DNA from: the human T2T-CHM13v2.0 reference genome, Homo sapiens
NCBI RefSeq assembly: GCF_009914755.1
Contig: NC_060947.1
Direction: 5' to 3' (one strand)
Length of the DNA: 64,000 nucleotides
Shown here piece after piece: positions 30,741 to 46,539 of the stretch. The notes under the pieces were generated by a model. The model was not told the origin of the DNA. It saw only the letters and a program-made list of their open reading frames with translations, and made no database searches. The translations under genes and the position numbers were made by a program. Position 1 is the first letter of the stretch. Each line of letters begins with the position of its first letter.

Positions 30741-33700
30741 GTAGTTGCAGTTGACTATTCTTCATCATTGTATTGTAGTTTCACCCTGGTTGCTTTTCAT
30801 TCTACTCACTGGCTTTCAATTTTTCATTGCTTTTGCAAATTTTCTTCATCTAATTCTAAGAGAATACATTATTATTCTCTGGCCTCACCACTAATTTGTT
30901 CTGTTGACTGTTGACCTTTTCTGTCTCTCCTGAGGTATAATATCAAATCATTTCACAGAATACTAAACAGGTGATCATAGTTCCTGGCTAAGTTAGCCTT
31001 AGAGAATATGTGGCCATTTAACATTTTAGGACACAAAGAACCCTTTGGTGTGAGATTTTGGCTCACTCTTTAGTACGTTCTACCTTCCTATCCTGATCAA
31101 TTGGAGTAATTTACCAATTGAAGCGGCAGCCTATACTTAGATTTGTTTTATATGAATTAATCATAAATGTTTTTTCAAATGAATAAAGTAGCTATGGAAA
31201 TATATCTTGAATAATAGTGTATTTTTGTAGAAAGATGGCAAATTCATTATTAAAATTAAAGAGAATGTGAATTATAAGAACTTCAGTAAAAAACTTATTC
31301 TTCATGTTTCCTTTGATGCTGCTGCATGTGTTGTAGGTGTAGTTATATCCAACTTTACCATTGGCTTTGAAATACAGGTCCAAGAAATTCTAGAAATGAA
31401 TAATCAAAAAAATATGTCAGTGTATAAAATTCCCAGGCATACAAATTATCCATTTTCAAAATTGGCCAATTTTATATGCTCAAGGAATCTTCAGAATATC
31501 TTTTCACACCTTCTCATTTCTTTACAAGCCTTCTGAAACTAAAAATTCCAGTGGCCCCAAAGGTAGTAGACTGTTTTAAACTAGAGGAGTAAGAATAATA
31601 AGCTGCTTTTGGTATGCACTCACACAACCTAAATTATCTGGATATGAGCTGCTCATAAATATATCCATTCTTTTCAAGTGATTGTTTTTGTAGCACATTG
31701 TCATAATGACTTGAGTATTTAAGTGTACATTATGTATAGTGTACAAAATCTATCATGTGTTGGATAAGGCATAAATTATAACTGTGATATTTTTCTTAGC
31801 ATGTGTTTGGTGATGGGAAAAACACTAAAAGGAATTCTGAAGATCTGATTTAAAAGTCACATGGTGGTAACATTAGCTTTATTCATTTTCTCATTAATGA
31901 GATAATTTTTCTCCGACAGGCACTTTCATTTGTTTAGGTTCCTTTGCATTATCAAAATGCTTCTCAGATAACTGGAGAGAAAAGGCAAACATAATTAATG
32001 TATATCTGAGGAAAAAAATAAAAGAAAAAAGGTCTAAATTCCAGACTTAACAGCTCTTACATTAAAATATTTTAAAATGAATAACTGTGATAGCTAAAGT
32101 AGAAAAAAAATCTACCTTTTATGAAATCAGTCTTCCAATATGAATGTGATTCTAAATAGCTTTTATGCCTGCCTGATGCCTGAGCTAAGCAAAATTGCAG
32201 AGGGAAGTCTGAAAACCTAAAAAAACCATTTTGACAAGCTCTGTAGCTCAATATTAATTTTTTGCTTCTTATGTGTTAATGCTTTTAATGCAAACAAAAA
32301 GATGACCTTTTATATTAAGTGCAGAAAAGATTGTTTTCCCTATTTCATATCGAACAGATGTATATACACAGATTCTAGTGACCAGAAAAGGGAAGAACCA
32401 CAGAAATTTAGAAAAGAAAGTAAAGCTTTTGGCCCTCAGCTTGAAACAATTAAACTGTGTTATGGGGAGACTAGTGTGCAGTGTTTGGGGATTGTAAGCA
32501 ATAAAAACCGACCTTTACTATTGTGTTACAGTATGACAGCTGATTGATAGGGTTGTGTTCCCCATGACTGAAGAAGGCAGATCAGTCCTGCTGCGGTTTG
32601 CTTAGAGTTTCTTCTGTTTACAGAGTCTCTTGCATCCTGTTATAAAATATTATGACCCTTTACCCCACCTTTATGGTGTGGTTTTCTTTTTTCATTCCAA
32701 GAAAGCCAAAAGAAATGAAATGTTTCTTTACAACCTACTGTTCAGCTAGAAAGTAAGGGTCTTCTGCTGTCTAACCTTCATTGCTAGAGACACTCAATTA
32801 TATGAAAGTAAATGAGTAAAATGTTAACTCTGATTCTACACAGTTAACTAAACATTTCTTTCACGTTGTTTAAAATTGAGTTTACTAATTCTCACTTCTT
32901 ATGTCTTTAGCTCTGTTTTATGACTTTTACTGTTGCTCAGATACAGATTTCTTTCAAAGACAATCCTGGTCTCCTTTTAAAGTCAAAATGCAGATTTTAG
33001 TTTATTGTTTGAAACTCTAGTAAAAGCTTTTCTTTTCAATATATTTGTCTTATGACCTCAAAAAAAATTTGAATTCTCATTTTTAGTAACTTGAATATTT
33101 TAGTTTTTAATTCGTCTATGGTAAGAAAATAGAAATTGAGACCATTATATGTTAAAAAGAAGAAAGTGTTGGCAGGAAAGAAGGAAAATGACCACATTTT
33201 TAGGTAATGTTTTTGTTTTCAATTCCAGAAGCATATAATAAAAGGCAAATTTTATAACAAATTTTATATACCTCAACATACAATTTATTTTATTCACAGT
33301 GTTTGAAATAAAAAGCTATTTTCTCTTCCCTCTTTTATTCTCTAGCTTTTGTCTCCCTCAGTCTTCTAACACTATTTCATCCCTGGTAGAAGTGGAGCTT
33401 TCTTTTCTAAGGCTCCTTATAAACAATTTTTTTTTTCTTTTGGACTGACTCATTTCTGCACCTTTTGGTTTTATTTTTTTTCCATCTGTGTTTGTACTTA
33501 CTTTTTAAATAAAAATGTAAATTCCAATTATAAGCATTTAAATTTGTAAATGGACAGATTTAATAATTTTATGATTTGCATGAGTTTATATCAAAATTTA
33601 CCATATTTAAAAATATGTTAGCTATTCTGGATACATAATTTAAAGAGAGTTGACAGTAATGTAATATTACAGATTAAAGCTAAATATGTTCATATTTTTT

Positions 33701-35778
33701 CTTTATTTTAACTTCTATTTGGTTGCCCAATGATTCCCTAGGAGAAAAGAAGTTGAATATTGCTGTTGGAGAGGTAAATCTTAAGATAGAAACTTGGTAC
33801 CTTGTTTTTAGAAAGAAGAGCTTGATTTTTCTTTTTTTTTTGCTGAAGAATTAAAGAGCATTGAATCTGCATTTAACATGCAGCAGATTATAAACAAATT
33901 ATCCTTTTGTTTATAATGTAGTATATAGGAAAACTATGGAATATTAATAGTTACTTGAGTAAACCCATTGCCTTCAGGTGAGACTTCATGCAGAAGAGAG
34001 CTGTTTCTTTTCTTTCTCCAAACCTTCTCAGAGACATGATTTATGGACTTTCTTTTTCAAAGCATTTCAGGCAGGAGGTTACTTCCAAGGATTAATTTAC
34101 ATTTTCTGTGAAGTATATAAAACAAAGATTATTATTCTCATTTTATCGGTGGGAAACTGAAACTCAGAAAAATTAAATGAATTTGCCTAGGATTTTTCAT
34201 AGCTAATAAGTAACTATAATTCAAGTCTCTCGATCTGTTTTTCAGTGTTTTTAGTTTGTCTTAGTTTAATGTGCTTAGTGCACTCTTGTGCACTAAGTTT
34301 GTTAGTGTTTTCTAATTTCAATTATAAGGCAAGGCTGTGTGAATTTGTTTTCATATTTACTTAGAAATTTTGCCATTTAATTGGAATTCTTTGCACCCAG
34401 TGATTGTCTTTACATCATGTTGCTGACAGTCTAGATGGAGAATGAAATTAGTTTACTTGCTCTGTGTAAACACAGTTTTGAGCCTTATAATTTCACAACT
34501 ATTGTTTGTTAACATATTAGTAAGAAAATCAGATTCATGGGCTAAGCAATTAACCTTATTGAGTGACATGAACAATTCTAATAAAACTTCTAATAAAGCT
34601 TATATATGTAATGTTTAGCTTACTTTAGTGCTGAATTATGTGATCATGTATTTTTATAACATTTGCTAATAGGTATATGTTTTGTAGTGTTGATTCTAAG
34701 ACATCTCTATTAAGAGACAAAAATGTAATAAATTGATTCCTCGAGTACAATTTTTATTTGGAATAGTAGTAGTAAAGCTCTATATTTTTGATTCCTAACC
34801 TGCTAATGCGGTTTTTATTTTATAATACCTTACTTTTCCTAACCATTGCCTAATTTTTGCTTTTATAGCCAGATGCTAAATGTTCTTTCATAAACTTTAT
34901 AGTCTGACAGCTTTCTAAATGAAAGGGAATCATTTTTGTAATCTAGAAATGTGATTTCACTGAAAGCAAACTATTTTTAGTATATGTTTGAATTGTATAA
35001 CATTCAAGCAGAATTTTTGGTATAAATCTAATTATTCCAGTCATGTGCATGCCTTTGAACTGACTTTGTCCTTGTTTACAGAGAAGCACAAGCAGCCACT
35101 TCCAAGAATGGAGGTAGTAACTAGAAATATTAAACTTGTGTATTTAAAGACCTTTCAACTTTAAAAGTTTACCGCAGTTATGAATCCATTTTATACTGAA
35201 TATTAACAGGCTGTTTTGAATGCAATCACTAGGCATTGTCTTTTGTTAGTGTAACTAACAGTGGCTAATGTTAAAATTGTTATATTGCAAATTTGCCAGG
35301 GAATAAGGGTTTGAGAGTTGCCTTTTTTCAAAGTAATCCAGGAGTATTGCCAAGGTCTAATTTTAATTGCATTTTCTCTAGTAGTATTTGGGTTTTTTAT
35401 TGTTGTGTTATGCTTCTAGTCTTACCCAGCTTTTACTCAGAATGACTAGAGACTATCAATTATACTGCCTTGATAATGAGAATATTTGGTAAGAAAAAGG
35501 CTTGAAAGTTATCCTTTTCCGTCAATTTTATTGCAGTCATTTTATTGGTGGTCATTTCAGAAGATTGATTTTCAACATCAGGCTAAGTTCTATGAACTTG
35601 AAATTATATTGTTGTGCTTTTCAACGTCATCCTAGAGTGCGTGAACATATTTATGGGGAATATATCTATTTAGATATTTGTGATTCCTTAAATTATTTGT
35701 AATAAATGTTTTTCTTAGATTTAGAGATAAACAGTGAAAAGCTGCCCACAAACTGTTAAAGATTGTACCCTCTTGTAG

Positions 35779-35955
<177 letters not shown>

Positions 35956-37369
35956 TAATAATAATAATAACTAACATTTATGGAAAACTTACTATGTGCT
36001 ATGAACTCTTTTCAAGTACTTTACACAATTTAGTTAATTCTTGTAACAATGCTATCTTTATTTTAGAGATAAGGAAACTTGGGGACAGGTACATTGTTAT
36101 TTGTCCAACTTTTGTCAACACTTTACCATTTAATATGGGTTCCCATCATTTCACATAAAAGCAGTATAAGTTAAATATTAAGTAATTATAAATGTAAGTG
36201 GGCTACTTATTCTTTTTAAAATACCTGATGCTGTGCCTTAAGGTATTTCCAAGTTATAGGTATAAAGGAGAGCTTCTGATCTGAAGAAAGGCAAAAGTGA
36301 GAGTAACCTACAAAGTTTGCAGGGCAAATCCTTAGTTTTAAACATGTTACAATAACATGCTAGCATAGCATTACTACTTATGTCATGGATTTAAGAGTAC
36401 TGTCTTAATCTTGTCTTTTTTAAAATTTCACATTAGTTTTTGTAAATTTTTTCCTCTGGTGGGAAGATGCCTTTAAAATATTTTAATTGAAGCCAATGAG
36501 GAAAATTAATTCATTTTACCTAAAGTGTTTTTCCTAGTACTGTATGAATGATTTCATTTAAACTTTTAAATAATAAGTAGCCAATGAAATCAGATTCAAA
36601 ATTATAGTGCCTTGTGGAAGAATAATTAGTGGTGCAGTTATTTTATTAAAGCCAAAAATATTCCCAAGAAGTACTCATTATTTTTTTATCTCTATTCTTT
36701 TCCTGCCTGGTTTAATGTTTACTTCAAAAAGACAAATAATGAAATATTGCCAACTCTATGACTCTTTGAATGGAAAAGTTAAGCATTTTAGTCTGTTGGT
36801 AATCACAAGTAGGTCAGAGCTTCACTTTAAATATTGCTTAGTCTATTGTTTGTCAGAGCAGGTACAGTATTCTCAAATGGTTTTCTATAAATAAAAAAAA
36901 AGCTGACAGCATAAATTCCTTTTCTTAATTGTCATATCTTACTTTTAAAAGTCACAATCAATAACTCCTACCCATCCCTATTATTTTAAAAGCCTCAGTA
37001 TGAAATAATCATGTTTGAATTTCCCATCATGTAAATACAGCTAATCTCAGTTACTTAAGAACAGATTTTTTTGTTTGTTTGTTTCTGTATTATCCAGGAC
37101 TATCCCTTTTTCTGATGACCTGTTTACACTTTGTCTATTTGTTAATACCTTCACCAGAAGGCCTGAAATAAGGAGAAACATTTTTTTTTCAGTCATTTGA
37201 TTTTACTATCAATACTTTGAATAGAATATTCAATGGAAACTAAGATAATACTGATGCTGTGATCTCTCCTATCCTCCATTACTTTGGATAATTAAAAGCT
37301 CATAGTGAAGTTGAGGCATCAGTATATTCTGGTTCGCAAATCTGTCAATTTAAAAAATTTATTTAATAT

Positions 37370-37665
37370 AGATTTGCAAATTGTCATCCATGAGCCAAAT
37401 CCAGCCCACTCTGTTTTTAAACATTTTAATCAGTTTGCCAACATTTAAACATTGTAATATTTAAAATAAAATTCATGATATCCAGCCTCTTGTAAAATCT
37501 AAAGATCTGGCAATACCGGGCCCACATGGCTATATGTCAGCAGTTGGCTCTGAGTAGTGGCTGCTTCCTTTAAGTAGAACATACATTCTCTGGTTCATCT
37601 TAGAAACCACCCATAGTTTACATTATCTGCCTTGCTCTGTAAGCATTATAGTTCACGGCCTCTGA
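37370..37665. mobile_element. hAT MER (MER102-like) fossil
   Basis: gcaaattgtcatccatgagccaaatccagccc...aaagatctggcaatac; family assigned by eye. Confidence 0.5.
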
Positions 37666-38214
37666 TTTTGTATGTGCCATGTTGTCAACACTATACTAGA
37701 CAGCAAAACATTAAGAACATGCTGGTAACCTTGTGCAAGTCACTGTTCTTTCTGTAGCCTCAAGTTTTCTCACCTATAAAATCAGGACACTACTAGTTAC
37801 TTTTAACATGGTTTTATGATGAAATTTAAAGCAACTCAAAGATTTTTGTCTACATGAAGAAATATAAAATATAATTAAGAATTTTTATACATTCACTACT
37901 GATTTTCTAATATGTAAAATAAGTTGAATAGACTATAATAGTTTAATTGGAAGTATGATTCACATTCATATAGTTCAAATCCCTTATTTTACAGGTGTGG
38001 ACATAAATCCAGAGGGTGAAGTGACTTTCTCAGAATCACATGGCAAATAGCACAGCCACAAAAATAATCCTTGCTTTATTTTGTTTTTGTTTTTGTCTTT
38101 AATACTGCATCCTCTTGACTACATCATGTTTCTTACATCAAATTGACTAGTCCTGAGACCAGAAATGTTTGCGTAAGTTGTATAATAAACAGCCCACTGA
38201 ATTTTAATTCTTTA

Positions 38215-38436
38215 GCAGTGGATAGAAAACTTTTTCTTAAAGAACCAAATAGTAAATATTTTAGCCTTTGTGAGCCAGAGGTCTCTGTTGCAACCGCTCA
38301 ACTGTGGCATTGTCACATGTAAACAGCCATAAGCATATGTAAATGAGTGAGCATTACTGTGTTCTCATAAAACTTTATTTACAAAAACAGGCAGCAAGCC
38401 AGATCTGGCCTATGGGCTGTTGTTTGACACCTTGCT
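38215..38436. mobile_element. MER58A hAT DNA transposon
   Basis: aaactttttcttaaagaaccaaatagtaaatattttagcc...aaaactttatttacaaaaacaggcag...ccagatctggcc. Confidence 0.8.
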
Positions 38437-39459
38437 CTAGCCATCTCTAATTGGGTATCTAGCTTTATGGAAGTCATATCTCTGTTTGCTCACAAAATAA
38501 AATGGAAATAATAATGAAGATGCTATATTAGCCAATTATTGAAAATATTTCCAGCAAAAGAATTTTTATGTAGATAGTCTGCCTTATAATTTTTTGGCAG
38601 TATAATTCATGAGAATTTTCTCTAGCAAATTAGGTGATAAAGAAATATAGGTCAGAGTGCCTTGAGTTCCCCCTAATCTCTCTTGACTCTGGTGCGATTT
38701 CGCAGCTACATGATACATTAAGTGAGGCTTTTCATTTACTTGTTCTTCTATCTACCACTGAACCAACTGTGATATCATAGTCAATTTCAGCCCCAGTCAT
38801 GCTATGACTCAAAATTTGAAATTACTTTTATCCTTTCCTTTTTTGCTTTGATACTCATTAAATTGAGAGAGATGGTCAGAGGAAAGGACTACTTTCTGAC
38901 TCATGACATAAATATGATGTTTTAGGAGATAGAGGTTATAATTCACTGTCCTGTTTGATTCTGTGTTTTTGTAGCTAATTATAAAAAGAAGGAAAAGCAT
39001 ATGATAGAAACAAATGCCCCATCCATACATTATGCCATTTGGAAAAGAAAATCAGTCTTTGCAATGAGAGACAAATAGTTCTGCCAAGAATTAAGCAAAT
39101 TACGTGTAATCTATGTATAATTTAGGCCTTTCATAAAATACGTTTTGTGCTCTTGGGCAAAGACAACATGCATAAAGTGAGTGCATAGAGTATTATAACT
39201 TGGTCATAGACTGCCTTTTCCTTACTGTCTTTGAACCTTTTAATTTATGTGTCAACCTTGAGTCATTTGAGCCATATATAAGAAAATGATGTTTATGGCA
39301 TGTTAATACTAAAAGCTGATAAGTTTGCTTCCTTTTTTGTTAGCTTTACTGGCTAATTGTATTGAATGTAGGATTGTATCTGCTCTGCAGAAGTACAGTG
39401 ATTGGTATTAAGCTAACTTTGATACTTTTCTGGTCAGCTTGAGAGTCAGCCATCTGGTT

Positions 39460-41650
39460 TAAAAAATAATTTATTGGGAAATAATTTACAGAACATAAAG
39501 TTAACTCATATTAAGAGAACAATTCATTGAATATTATTGTACTTACAGAGTTGTGTAACTATCACCATAATCTAATTTTAGAACATTTCCATCATCCTAA
39601 GAGTAAACCTTGTGATCACTTTTTGTCACTCCCAATTTCCCTCCAATCCTCCCAGCCCTATACAACCACTGATCTACTTTCTCTCTTATGTTTGCATTTT
39701 TGAACATTTTATATGATATGTACTCTTTCATGGCTTTTAAAACTGAACATAATGTTTTTTGTGGAAAAATACACGACATAAAATTTGCATTTTTAACCAC
39801 TTTAAAGTGGATAAAATTCAGTCGCATTAACTACATTGACAGTGTTATGCAACCATCCACTATCTAGTTTCAGAAATCTTTTATCACCTGCAAGGAAAAT
39901 CTCATATCCATTAAGCAGTCATTTCTCATTTTCCTTCCCCTCAGGAAGTTAAAAAGTGTTTCCCTCTTTTCTGTATTTTACAAAAGTTTAAGAAGGATTG
40001 GTATTCTTCTTTTAAACATTTGGGAGAATTTCCTTTCTTTTGGGCATAACAGTGACACTATCTGATCTTGAGTTTTTTTTCTTGGTAGGTTTTTGATTAC
40101 ACATTCAATATTTACTTGTTATAGGTCTATTCAGATTTTCTATTTCTACTTGAGTCAATTCTAGGAGTTTGTTCATTTCGTCTAGGTTGTAGGCCTACAA
40201 TTATTTTTAGTATTCACTTCTAATTTTTTTCTAAATTACTGTAAGAGTGATATGTAATGTCCCTATTTTCATTTCTGATTCTAGTCATCTCAGTCTTCTT
40301 TTTTTTCTTAATCCTTGTAGCTGAAAGTTTGTCAAATTTCTTTTCAAAGAAAAAACTTTTGGTCTTGTTCATTTTTTCTGTTGTTCTATTCTGTATTTCA
40401 TTTCTCTCCACTCTATTTTTTCCTTTTTTCTGCTATGTTTGGGTTTAGTTTGCTCTTTTTAGTTCCATAAGGTCTAAATTTAGGTTATTGATTTGAGATC
40501 ATTCTTCTTTCTTAATGTAGGCATTTACCGCCCTCAGTTTTCTTTGAAACATTGCTTACTCACATTCTGAGATACTGGGAGTTGTGATTTCATTGTATGA
40601 ATTTTGAGGGAATATAATTCAGCCCATAACACATAAGGAAGGACTTCCACTATTTTGCTATTTGTTTTCCATGTCGTATGTTTTTTGTTCCTCAATTCCT
40701 TCATTACTTATTTATTTTATGTTTAATTGAGTTTTTTACTGTACTGTATACCTTATTTCCTTTTCTGTATCTTTTTAAGTTATTTTCTTAGTTGTTACAA
40801 TTAACATCTTAAACTTATAACACACTAGTTTGAATTAATATCACCTTAGCTTTAATAGTATGTAAATTCTACTGCTATGTATATCTATACCTCCCCTTTT
40901 ATGTTGTTGTTATCACAAATTATATGTTATATATTGTGTGTCCATTAACAGATTTATGATTATCATTTTGTCTTTTAATCATACGGGAAAAAGAGTTCCA
41001 ACCCAAAAATACAATATTGGCTTTTAAATATATTTGTGCAGTTACCTTTACCAGTGTTCTTTATCACATGCCTCAAGTTATTGTCTAGTGTCCTTTCATT
41101 TCAGCCTAAGGATCTCTTTTTAGAATTTATTGAAAAGCTGTCCTAATAGTGATGAACTCCCTCAGCCCTTGGTTGTCTGGGAATTTCTTCATTTCTTTTT
41201 TTGAAGGATAATTTTGCTCAGTATAGAATTTTTGGTTGACAGTTTGCTTGTTTGTTTTGTAATTTCTGCACTTTAAATACTATATGCCATCCCACTGCCT
41301 CTGACCTTCATGGTTTCTGATGTGAAATTAACTGTTAATCTTATGGAGAGTCTCTTGTACTTAACAAGTCACTTCTTTCTTACTGCTTTCAAGATTTCCC
41401 TCTTTGTTTTTTACTTTCAACAGTTTAATTATACTTTATCTTGGTATGGTTCACTTTGAGTTTATCCTACTTGGAATTTATTTGGCTTCTTGGAATGTTT
41501 TTTTTCTGTGTGCAGTTTCAAATTAATATCTGGTGTCACTTGATGCCAGCCTGAAGAACTTCTTTTAGTGTTTCACATAAGCTGGGTCTGCAGGCCACAG
41601 ATACTCTCAGTTTTTATTTAGGAATGTCTTTATTTTGTCTTCACTTTTTA
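39460..41650 (-). mobile_element. Mosaic of old antisense L1M fragments (small MLT1-like piece at approx. 40560-40632)
   Basis: T-rich degenerate L1 3'UTR, ORF2 and ORF1 segments. Confidence 0.65.
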
Positions 41651-41659
41651 ATATGCAAT

Positions 41660-43395
41660 TTTTAATTAATAGATTTTTAAAAACAATTTTAGGTTTACAG
41701 AAAAAAAAATGAGCAAAAAGCACAGATTCCATAAACCCCCTCATCCAATACCAATTTCCCCTACTATTGAGATCTTACATTAGTGTGGTACAGTTGTTAC
41801 AATTGATGAGCCAATATTGATATATTATAATTAACTAAAGTCCATGGTTTACATTAGGCTTCACTCTTTGTGTTCTACATCCTATGGATTTTGGCAAGTG
41901 TATAATGATATGTAGCCATCATCATAGTATCGTACAGAATAGCAGTTTCACTGCCCTAAAACTCCATTATGCTACACCTATTTCATCCCACCCGCATATC
42001 CTGAGCAATCACCTAACTTTTTATTGTCTCCATAGGTTTGCCTTTTCCAGAATGTCATATAAGTTGAAATTATATAGAATATATTCATATTGGCTTCTTT
42101 CACTTACCAATATGCATTTAAGGTTCCTCCATGTCTTTTCCTGGCTTGATAGCTCATTTCTTTTTATCACTGAATAATATTCCAGTTTTGAGATTTGCCA
42201 GTTTATCTGTTCACCTATTAAAGGGTTTCTTGGTTACTTCCAAGGTTTCACAATCATAAATAAGACTGTTATAAACATTCAAGTACAGGTTTTTGAGTGG
42301 ACAGTTTTGAACTCATTTGATGATTGCTGGATCATGTGGTAAGAGTATGTTTAGTTTTGTAAGAAACTGCCAAACTGTCTTGCAAAGTCGCTGTGCCATT
42401 TTGTATTCCCACCAGCAATGAATAAGACTTCCTGTTGTTCTACATCTTCATCAACGTTTGGTGTTGTCAGTATTGTGGATTTTGGCCATTCTAAAACGTA
42501 GGTAGTGATATCTCACTATTGTTTTAATTTCTAATTCTGCATAGTCATACGATATTGAGCAGCTTTTTACAAGCTTATTTTCCTTCTATGTATCTTCTTT
42601 GAAGAGGTTTCTGATCAGGCCTATGACCCCCCTTTTTTTAATGACATGGGTACAGGATGGTTCCTGAAGGAAAAGAGGGCTTAGTGGCCTCCAAATTCCC
42701 TCACTCACCAATTTCTGGAGGAGACTCTAGTGGGGTGAGGACTGAGGAGCCTATGCACACTTTTTCATTGGGTTGTTTATGTTATTATTGTTGAGTTGTT
42801 AAAGAGTTATTTGTATACTTTGGATACCAGTTTTCTACAAAGTATGTGTTTTGCAAATATTTTCTCTCAGCCTGTGGTTTGTCTTTTTACTCTCTTAATA
42901 GTATATTTTGTAGAGTGGAACATTTTAATTTTAATGAATTTCACCTTATTAATGTTTTCTTTTATGCATCTTGCTTTCTGGTGTTGTATGTAAGAATTCA
43001 TTGCCAAACCCAAGGTCACCTAGATTTTGTTTTATGTTATATTCTAGGAATTTTAAGAGTTTGGCATTTGTGAAAGGTGTAAGGTATGTGAATACATTCA
43101 GTTTTCCTTGCATGTTGATGTCCATTTGTACCAGCACCATCTGTTGAAAAGACAACAATTTCCTTGAATTGCCTTTTTGTCAGAGGTCTATTTCTGCCTT
43201 GTCTATTCTGTTCCATTGAATAACTAATCAGTTCTTTCACCAATTCCACACTATCTTGATTACTGTAGCTTTATAGTAAGTCATGAGGTCAAGTAGTATC
43301 AGTCCTCTTTGTTCTCCTTAAATACTGTGTTGACTATTATGGATCTTTTACTTTTCCATATAAACTTTAGAATCATTTTTTCAATAATCACAAAA
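41660..43395 (-). mobile_element. L1MC-type 3' end and ORF2 end
   Basis: aattttaggtttacagaaaa...acaattgatgagccaatattgat...aactaaagtccatggtttacattagg. Confidence 0.78.
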
Positions 43396-45960
<2,565 letters not shown>

Positions 45961-46539
45961 TGTGCCTCTTTTGTATTTCAATGCATATGCATTTCAAGTA
46001 CACGACTTGGAGCCCTCAGTTACATTTATACTGTTGTGGAACCATTACCAATACCTATTTCCAATTTTTTTTCATTACCCCAAATAGGAACTCTATAGCC
46101 ATTAAGTAATAACTTCTCAATTCTTCCTTTCTTCATACTCTGCTAACTTCTAATCTACTTTCTGTCTCTACAAATTTGCCTGTTCTAGATACCTCATGTA
46201 AGTGAAATAATGCCATATTTTTTCTTTTAGATTCAGCTTATTTCACATACCATAAAGTCTTCGCTGTTAATCCATATCATATTTCAGAATTTCATTACCT
46301 TTTATGGCTTAATAGCATTCTATTTTGTGTAAATATCATAGTTTTGTCTATCCACTTATTTATTGATGGACACTTGAGTTGTTTCCACCTTTTGGCTATT
46401 GGGAATAATGCTGTAGTAAACATTACTATACAAGTGCCTGTTTGAGTCTTTGATTTCAATTCTTTTGGGTATATATCTAGGAGTACAATTGCTGGTCATA
46501 TGGCAATTGTTTAGCTTTTTGAGGAACCACCAAAATCTT

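Noticed and set aside
33961-33985. ccttcag|GTGAGA recursive-splice-like motif
   Set aside because: Weak pyrimidine tract and only a 7-kb intron; expected by chance
34274-34297. Perfect 10-bp hairpin cttagtgcac-tctt-gtgcactaag
   Set aside because: Isolated and short, with no supporting context for an RNA gene or MITE
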